The position numbers and the translations under genes are program-made. A model generated the notes under the pieces. The model was not told the DNA's origin and made no database searches. It saw nothing but the letters and a program-made list of their open reading frames with translations. A stretch of 63,044 nt of DNA, the filler included, from Candidatus Fermentibacterota bacterium (GTDB lineage Bacteria; JAFGKV01): NCBI GenBank assembly GCA_016928395.1. It is 10 parts of 10 records of this genome, joined end to end, with 100 filler letters (N's around TTAATTAATTAA, not from the genome) between each part and the next. Parts side by side here need not be neighbours in the genome. Positions count along the whole stretch, not along the records: positions 56,327 to 63,044 come from JAFGKV010000039.1; 9 more parts are not named here. One strand, 5' to 3'. How positions within the stretch are numbered: position 1 is the stretch's first letter; the number at the start of each line of letters is the position of its first letter. Below, one piece after another: positions 57,153-63,044 of the stretch.

Positions 57153-59540
57153 CTACCTGCGCACCACGGTGAACGATACCTGCCGCGCATGCCCGGTGTG
57201 GTCGATGACCTGCAGGGAATGGCGGCCACCGGCAAGATCCGCGGGCATGGCATGCTCGCCTACCGTGGCGCCCAGGAAGGACTGATCGAGGTACCAGTAC
57301 AGCGTGGCATCCGCCGCGCTGTGGGCTGCACGGAGCGTTACCTTCTGGTATGAACCGTCGATGTCCCTCGGAACGAACAGCCGGGCCTGGCGACTAGGGT
57401 AGATGATGTCGACCGGGGAATCACCGCTCAAGGTCGGGCATGACGGGTGGTGGGGTGGATGACGCTGCAGCGTGTGTCCCGCGGCTCGCAGAAACTGGCG
57501 TACATCGGCGGGAAACAGGAGGCGAATCTCCTGGCGCACGGAATCGGCATGACTCCAGCACCGGGAGCACACTTCCAGGTCGCGATGCAGATCAAGGTGA
57601 AATCGCCGGTGGAACGGGCATGGCGGCAGCGGGCGGGCGTGAAGGGGAACCTCCGCCTCGATTGTATCGGTGCAATCCGGACCCACCCGGTACCCTGTGG
57701 CGGCGCACAGCAGAGCCGGCCGGAAGGCGCCGATGGGCTTCTCGAACCAGAGCCGGCCTCCGGGAGGCAAGAGATCGAGCAGGCCGAACAGGAGGGGCGC
57801 CGCGCTGCGGGCACCGCCCAGGCGTTCGCTGCCCTCCCCGCTGAAGTTGCCTGCCCAGACGCCCACCACCCACCGGGGTGTGACGCCCAGAGCCCAGCCG
57901 TCCCGCTTGCCGAAGCTTGTGCCGGTCTTCCAGGCGACGGGCCGCCGGGTCGGGAACGCAGTCCAGTCGACGCCGTCATCGTCAGGCCTGCGCACCTCGG
58001 TGAGCATGTCCAGCGTCATCCACGCCGCGGCGGGGGAGAGGAGTTGAAGGCCCTGGGAGGGAGGCGATCCCTCCAGTACTGACAGCCCGTCGAACCGGCC
58101 CAATCTCCCCAGCCCCCGGAACAGGGCCACCATGTCCCAGAGGGTGCCCTCGGCGCCGCCTAGAACGAGGGTCAGGCCGTAGTCTTCGGGCCGGCGGAAC
58201 AGGGTCGACATGCCTGCCGTACGTAGGAAATCATGGAAGGGAGCCACGCCGTGAGAACGCAGGAGAATTGTCGGCGGCACATTCAATGAGCGCACCAAAG
58301 CCTCCCGGGCCGTGACCATGCCGCTGAAGCCGCGGTCGGCATTCACGGGGGCATAGCTGCCGTAGTGCACCGGCACATCTTTGACCAGAGTGGCGGGATG
58401 AACGGCCCCGTCATCGATACAGCGGGCATAGAGGAAGGGCTTGAGCAGCGATCCTGTGGATCGTCGTGCCACGATTCCATCCACCTGGCCGGCGTGGGCC
58501 GCATCCCAGAACGAAGCCGAGCCGACATAGGCGCGCACCAGACCCGTCTCGGTCTCCGCCACCAGCACCGACAGATTGTGGATCCCCTGGCGGGCCAGCA
58601 TCTGGGCGTGGCGCGATACCAGGGTTTCCACGCCGTCCTGGAGGCTGTGGTCGATTGTCGTGCGCACCACTGGCGACTCGGCCGCCACCCGCCGGCACAG
58701 ATGCGGCGCGGTCGACGGCATGGGCATCATCGTGGCCGGGAGGGGCTCGGCCATGGCATAGGTCATTTCGGAATCGGAGAGCAGGCCCCGCCCGTGCAGG
58801 GCCTGCAGCAGCCTGTTGCGCCGCCGCAGGAGCTCGTCCCGCCGGGAGAACAGGCTGATCTGCGAGGGAGCCTTGGGCAGCACCGCCAGGGTCGCGGCCT
58901 CAGCCCAGGTCAGGCGGGAGGGAGGGCGACCGAAGAAGAGGAAACTGGCCGCATGCACACCAACGATATTGCGGCCGTAGGGCGCGTGAGCCATGTACAT
59001 GGCAAGGATCCCGTCTTTGGAGTATCGGGCCTCTAGCTTTATTGCCTGGGCCATCTCCAGCAGTTTGTGCGCCAAGGTTCGCCGCTTGGGGTTCATGAGG
59101 CGGGCGACTTGCATGGTCAGGGTGCTGGCGCCACTGCTCACCTTGTGCGCCCGTAGATTGGAAAGCGCCGCCCTGACCAGCGCTGCCGGATCGATGCCGA
59201 AATGGCGAGGGAACCGCCGGTCTTCAAAGGTCAGCACCGCATCAACCAGCTTCGGCGACACCTCCAGGGCGTCGGCCCGGAACCGCCATTGATCGTCACA
59301 TGCCAGAAAGGCGCTGAGAAGGGCCCCGCCCTTGTCCAGGACCACCGGGCTGTAGATCTCGGGAAACGGCGGATCCGGCAGGGGGACGGCGAACCACAAG
59401 GCGATGCAGGCCGCCATCACCGCTACCACGCGGCGCAGCCATCGCTGTCGGAGCAGGCCGGAAGAGACGACGGACCGGCGTGCCGCGCCGAAGGCTTCAC
59501 AGAGTCTCTCAGCCGCTGCCTTCATCATATCCCGCGTCAC
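57153..59540 (-). CDS. pbpC: Penicillin-binding protein 1C
   Basis: EDRRF..H.GID, GASTLTMQVAR, STGSLLKPF, RSLNVP, KTGTSFG, C-terminal BiPBP domain. Confidence 0.95.
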   Translation of the reverse strand: MTRDMMKAAAERLCEAFGAARRSVVSSGLLRQRWLRRVVAVMAACIALWFAVPLPDPPFPEIYSPVVLDKGGALLSAFLACDDQWRFRADALEVSPKLVDAVLTFEDRRFPRHFGIDPAALVRAALSNLRAHKVSSGASTLTMQVARLMNPKRRTLAHKLLEMAQAIKLEARYSKDGILAMYMAHAPYGRNIVGVHAASFLFFGRPPSRLTWAEAATLAVLPKAPSQISLFSRRDELLRRRNRLLQALHGRGLLSDSEMTYAMAEPLPATMMPMPSTAPHLCRRVAAESPVVRTTIDHSLQDGVETLVSRHAQMLARQGIHNLSVLVAETETGLVRAYVGSASFWDAAHAGQVDGIVARRSTGSLLKPFLYARCIDDGAVHPATLVKDVPVHYGSYAPVNADRGFSGMVTAREALVRSLNVPPTILLRSHGVAPFHDFLRTAGMSTLFRRPEDYGLTLVLGGAEGTLWDMVALFRGLGRLGRFDGLSVLEGSPPSQGLQLLSPAAAWMTLDMLTEVRRPDDDGVDWTAFPTRRPVAWKTGTSFGKRDGWALGVTPRWVVGVWAGNFSGEGSERLGGARSAAPLLFGLLDLLPPGGRLWFEKPIGAFRPALLCAATGYRVGPDCTDTIEAEVPLHARPLPPCPFHRRFHLDLHRDLEVCSRCWSHADSVRQEIRLLFPADVRQFLRAAGHTLQRHPPHHPSCPTLSGDSPVDIIYPSRQARLFVPRDIDGSYQKVTLRAAHSAADATLYWYLDQSFLGATVGEHAMPADLAGGRHSLQVIDHTGHARQVSFTVVRR

Positions 59541-59614
59541 GCCCTCGAGACGGCTTGCCTCCGGCCATTCTTACACCTGTCCTTCGGCGCTGCATCTGTT
59601 TTCAGCACCTCGGT

Positions 59615-60976
59615 TCACCCAGCCGGCGTCGCATCGGCAATGCCGCCGGGTCGGTAGAATGAAAGCCGGCGCGCCCGCAGCATCTCCGCGTACTGCAGCA
59701 CGAGCCGAGTATTGGGATACAGCCGCCCCAGGAGCGCCGGGTCTTGAGGGCCCAGGAGCTCTCGCATGGCAGACTCCAGCAGAGCACTTCTCCTCTGGGC
59801 AGCCCGCCTACCCATCTCTCCGTTCATACACAGAAGAGCGACCATAAGGACGAGGAAGGCCACTGCCATCCGGCGCAGCCACGACCCGGCAGCGGCGGCA
59901 TCCCCCCCCCCGCGGATCGCCAGCTTTCCCAGGACTACCGCGTTCGCGATCCACAGATAGCTGGAGATGGCCACATATCGGGATTCCAGGGCCTGACCGG
60001 CGCCGAGGCGCCCTCTCCCCACGGCAGACATGACTGCGCACACCACAGAGAAGAAGCCCAGGAGCGCGAACGCCTGGGCCGCGCGATCCGCGGGCCTGAG
60101 CAGACTCCTCGCCCCAAAAGCGCAGAACCCGAAGGCGCCGGCCACGCCCAGCGCGAAGGCCGGGGCCTGGCGATAGCTGAGGAGAGGAGAGCCGAGATAG
60201 CAGCATACGTATTCGGCGAACCTGCGCCAGTACTCCGGATCCCCGGAGAGCAACAGGCGTCGCATCCTGTAGGAATCGAAAGTCTCACGGTATCCGTGGA
60301 GGTAGACGAGGGCGACCGCTGCGGAAAGACCGAACCATACGGCGGCCCGTGCCCTACGCTCGCCGGACGAGGATTCCCGGTTTAGAGCGATGGCAAGCAT
60401 GCCGATGGGCCAGAACGCGAAACCCGCGCCGTACGAGAATGAGGCGACCACTCCCAAGAGCCCGCTCATTGTACAGGCGGCCCGGCTTGGTGAAGAGGCG
60501 GTCAACAAGAGCACTCCCGCCACCACGGACGAGACGGCGAGCATGATCTGCAGATTCCATCCCCACAGCCAGTTGTCCCATTGGCTCATGGAGAACAGCA
60601 TGAGGGCAAGGATCGCATGGAGCCATCCGAGGGATCCCGCGGCGCGTGTTCTCAGCGCGCGGGCGAGCCGCTGATTCAATACGGCGAATACACCGACTGC
60701 CAGCGCAATGCTCAGCGCAAGTTCCCATCCAATCCGCCACTGGGTACGCCTTGCCAATGCGATCATGACCGCCCGCGGGACGAGCAGCCGGTGTTCATTG
60801 TGCTGCCTCCACAGATCGCCGAAGGCGAGGGTCCCTTCGTACGAGCGCTCGATCAGCGGCACAAGCCCCCATTGATCCCAGTAGGGAACGTCCACAAAGT
60901 ACCGGCGCACCCACACTATCAGGACACACAGCGGAATGAGACAAAGGAGCTTCCCGCAGCCCCGTCGCGGCCGCAT
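59615..60976 (-). CDS. Polytopic membrane protein (GT-C-like, glycan related)
   Basis: DVPYWDQW, QHNEHR, QWDNWLWG, ALESRY; ~10 hydrophobic segments. Confidence 0.7.
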   Translation of the reverse strand: MRPRRGCGKLLCLIPLCVLIVWVRRYFVDVPYWDQWGLVPLIERSYEGTLAFGDLWRQHNEHRLLVPRAVMIALARRTQWRIGWELALSIALAVGVFAVLNQRLARALRTRAAGSLGWLHAILALMLFSMSQWDNWLWGWNLQIMLAVSSVVAGVLLLTASSPSRAACTMSGLLGVVASFSYGAGFAFWPIGMLAIALNRESSSGERRARAAVWFGLSAAVALVYLHGYRETFDSYRMRRLLLSGDPEYWRRFAEYVCCYLGSPLLSYRQAPAFALGVAGAFGFCAFGARSLLRPADRAAQAFALLGFFSVVCAVMSAVGRGRLGAGQALESRYVAISSYLWIANAVVLGKLAIRGGGDAAAAGSWLRRMAVAFLVLMVALLCMNGEMGRRAAQRRSALLESAMRELLGPQDPALLGRLYPNTRLVLQYAEMLRARRLSFYRPGGIADATPAG

Positions 60977-60982
60977 GACCGA

Positions 60983-62356
60983 TCAGGCCCTCTGGAGAAT
61001 CAGAAGATCCTGCATGTTGCCGATGTATGAGGGGATGACACCCCGGAAGCGGAAGTGACGACCCCAGACGTCGCGGAGATAGCGATAGCTGTGAAACGTG
61101 TTGCGGTAGTATCCGGCATCGGCGATAACCCCATCGATGTCGCGATTGCGCCGGTCTTCGCTGATTCCCCGCTCCTGGAACTCCCAAAACTCATCCAGCG
61201 TCAGCCTTCCCCGGGCGACGCCGTGATCACCCAGCACGGTAAGTAGCAGTATACCGCCGGGCTTGGAGAGGCGATGCAGCTCGGCCAGCCACAGGAGCTG
61301 ATCCTCCTCGCGCAGATGGGTGAAGACCGAGACGCCAATCACCAGGTCGAAGGCTTCGTCGGGAAAGCGGGTGGGCGGCCGGGGATCCACGGCCTCGAAC
61401 GCGCCGAAGCGAAGGTTCCCCCGGCACCAGGCCACATTGTCGGCGTCTATATCGACACCGGTGAGGCGCACCCCGGGTACCCGGACGAAGTAGCGGGAGA
61501 CCCTGCCGCATCCACAGCCCCAATCCAGGATGCTGTGGAAATCGCGATACGTCCGCCCGGTGTGCCGGAGCAGGGCGTGATCCAACTTGCAGAACGCGGA
61601 GAAGCCTTCCAGCCGGAACGACGTTGCCGAGTCTGATCCGTGGGCGCGGTGCCGCCGTGGTCCATCGGGGAGGGGCAGGCCGTCATCTCCCCAGGGAAGG
61701 TAGTAGAGATGCTCCGCGCAGACCGGCGCCAACGTGTCGCGGTAGACATAGCTGAAGACCAAAGGTGAGGACGGGTCTTCTGGGGGACACCTGGTCGCGC
61801 ATGAGAACGCGCTGTGCCGTGCCGTGGGCCGGAACCAGAATAGTCCGCCTATGTCGTGCCGCTCACCGGGATACAAAATCTCGTCGAACGGCGCGCCATT
61901 TAGGCAGAAGCCGATCCTCCCTGGGTTGTTCGCGGGCGCCAGGGCCCACCCCCGGATTTGGACCCGGCCGCCTTCGATCTCCAGTTCATCGATGGCCCAC
62001 GGCTCAGGGCCCATCATGCGGTCAAGCAAGCGCCCGTAGAGGAAACGCCGCTTCACATTGCTGATGTCGCCTCCAGCCGCGGGGATCGACGTGTCACCAT
62101 TCTCTTCCGCGGGGATATCGCGAGCCAGCTCACCCATGATCCATCGCGCCTCGGCCCGGGCGACGTCCCGGCTCACGAGGAATGCCTCCTCCCGAGACAC
62201 GTCCAGCACCACCTCGTGGAGCTTGCGGCTCACTGAGTTCTTGAGCCGTGATGGAACCAGTCTCAGGAGCAACCGATAGGGGTTCAAGGGGCACCACATC
62301 GGTTCGCGGGCGTGCACTCCCTTGGGTCTGCGTCGCCCCGGGAGGGTGCGCGCCAC
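60983..62356 (-). CDS. Class I SAM-dependent methyltransferase
   Basis: ILDWGCGCGR, GVDID, FDLVIGVSVFTHL, KPGG; start uncertain. Confidence 0.88.
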   Translation of the reverse strand: MARTLPGRRRPKGVHAREPMWCPLNPYRLLLRLVPSRLKNSVSRKLHEVVLDVSREEAFLVSRDVARAEARWIMGELARDIPAEENGDTSIPAAGGDISNVKRRFLYGRLLDRMMGPEPWAIDELEIEGGRVQIRGWALAPANNPGRIGFCLNGAPFDEILYPGERHDIGGLFWFRPTARHSAFSCATRCPPEDPSSPLVFSYVYRDTLAPVCAEHLYYLPWGDDGLPLPDGPRRHRAHGSDSATSFRLEGFSAFCKLDHALLRHTGRTYRDFHSILDWGCGCGRVSRYFVRVPGVRLTGVDIDADNVAWCRGNLRFGAFEAVDPRPPTRFPDEAFDLVIGVSVFTHLREEDQLLWLAELHRLSKPGGILLLTVLGDHGVARGRLTLDEFWEFQERGISEDRRNRDIDGVIADAGYYRNTFHSYRYLRDVWGRHFRFRGVIPSYIGNMQDLLILQRA

Positions 62357-62509
62357 AGAGCGGCGCGGCTACAACCGCGCACTGCACCGCACGATGCGCC
62401 GAGGATCTGCCGGTGGGCCCCCATCCCGTTCAGGCCCGTCTCCCGCGCTTCGCAGCGGCCTACGGCGTTGCGCGACAAGCCGCCACGTCTGCCCGGGGGC
62501 CTCAGCCCC

Positions 62510-63043
62510 CTACTCCACCGTGACCGGTTTGCCGGGCTGAAGGGCGCGGTAGGCATTGTCATACATGGCTTCCGCCACGGTGGGCGCCAAGACAAAGGAT
62601 CCCTTGCTGACCGCGATCAGGCGCACGAGGAAGTCTTTCTGCGCGCCGCCGTGGAGGTTCATGAACGACATGACGCGGTCATCACGGACATCCATGTAGT
62701 CTTCTCGACCCAGAGTCCACCGCCGTGCCCAGTCAGGGTGTGATTCCCCGGTGAGCCGTGTATTGTCGATCTCCCAACCGGATGGGAAGACCTGGGTGAG
62801 GGCAACGTTCTCCACCGAGGCGCCGGTCGTGCCGCGAAGGCGGATATGAGCCCAGAATACGGTATTCTGCGCGAGGCGCCCAGGGTCGATTGCGGCGCCA
62901 TCCTCGTTCAGCCAGCGAACTTCCATGTTCAGGTTGCGGGCTTCCGGAGTTGTCGGGCCTTCCACCGGGATGCCTTCCCACTCGAAGACCGCATAGATGG
63001 GATCGCTGCTGCCGGAGATCACGGTGACCGCCGTGCCCGCGTG
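62510..63043 (-). CDS. Bacterial alpha-2-macroglobulin, C-terminal part (runs off window)
   Basis: NVALTQVFPSGWEIDN, DVRDDRV, AVSKGSFVLAPTVAEAMY; pbpC lies downstream. Confidence 0.9.
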   Translation of the reverse strand, partial: HAGTAVTVISGSSDPIYAVFEWEGIPVEGPTTPEARNLNMEVRWLNEDGAAIDPGRLAQNTVFWAHIRLRGTTGASVENVALTQVFPSGWEIDNTRLTGESHPDWARRWTLGREDYMDVRDDRVMSFMNLHGGAQKDFLVRLIAVSKGSFVLAPTVAEAMYDNAYRALQPGKPVTVE

Positions 63044-63044
63044 C

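Overview
The window is a concatenation of 10 short contigs joined by artificial 100-nt N/TTAATTAATTAA linkers (3822-3921, 9452-9551, 12788-12887, 16553-16652, 22210-22309, 38262-38361, 47269-47368, 49972-50071, 56227-56326). Adjacency across a linker therefore means nothing biologically. The DNA is GC-rich and bacterial; a protease with an FPNPF/FlgD-Ig-type C-terminal tail suggests an FCB-superphylum-like lineage (inference). Contents by contig: (1) an IS66 element carrying a DUF4338/DruA-like gene between tnpB and tnpC; (2) two toxin-antitoxin-like pairs, an orphan five-Cys CxxG peptide gene and an S8 protease; (3) a SynChlorMet-like RiPP cassette with two radical SAM/SPASM enzymes, a CxxG-repeat precursor paralogous to the orphan, and a ScmC/HprK-like P-loop protein; (4) a 3.6-kb contig whose ends overlap by 62 bp so that a gene reads across the junction (a circle or collapsed tandem unit), encoding only exported proteins including a 12-Cys secreted peptide; (5-7) housekeeping and accessory genes, including a CphA2-like cyanophycin synthetase coupled to iadA, a pseudo-receiver/DnaA-AAA+ fusion, pepF, priA and an RND pump; (8) part of a bacterial microcompartment locus; (9) a restriction-modification island bounded by ~50-bp inverted repeats; (10) an IS1634 end, pbpC and an alpha-2-macroglobulin fragment. 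Intergenic DNA is full of REP-like and short-period repeats, including tiny CCYGYCT...RCAGG palindromes inserted precisely into other repeats. No rRNA, tRNA or CRISPR array was seen. All family assignments come from motif recognition, not database searches.
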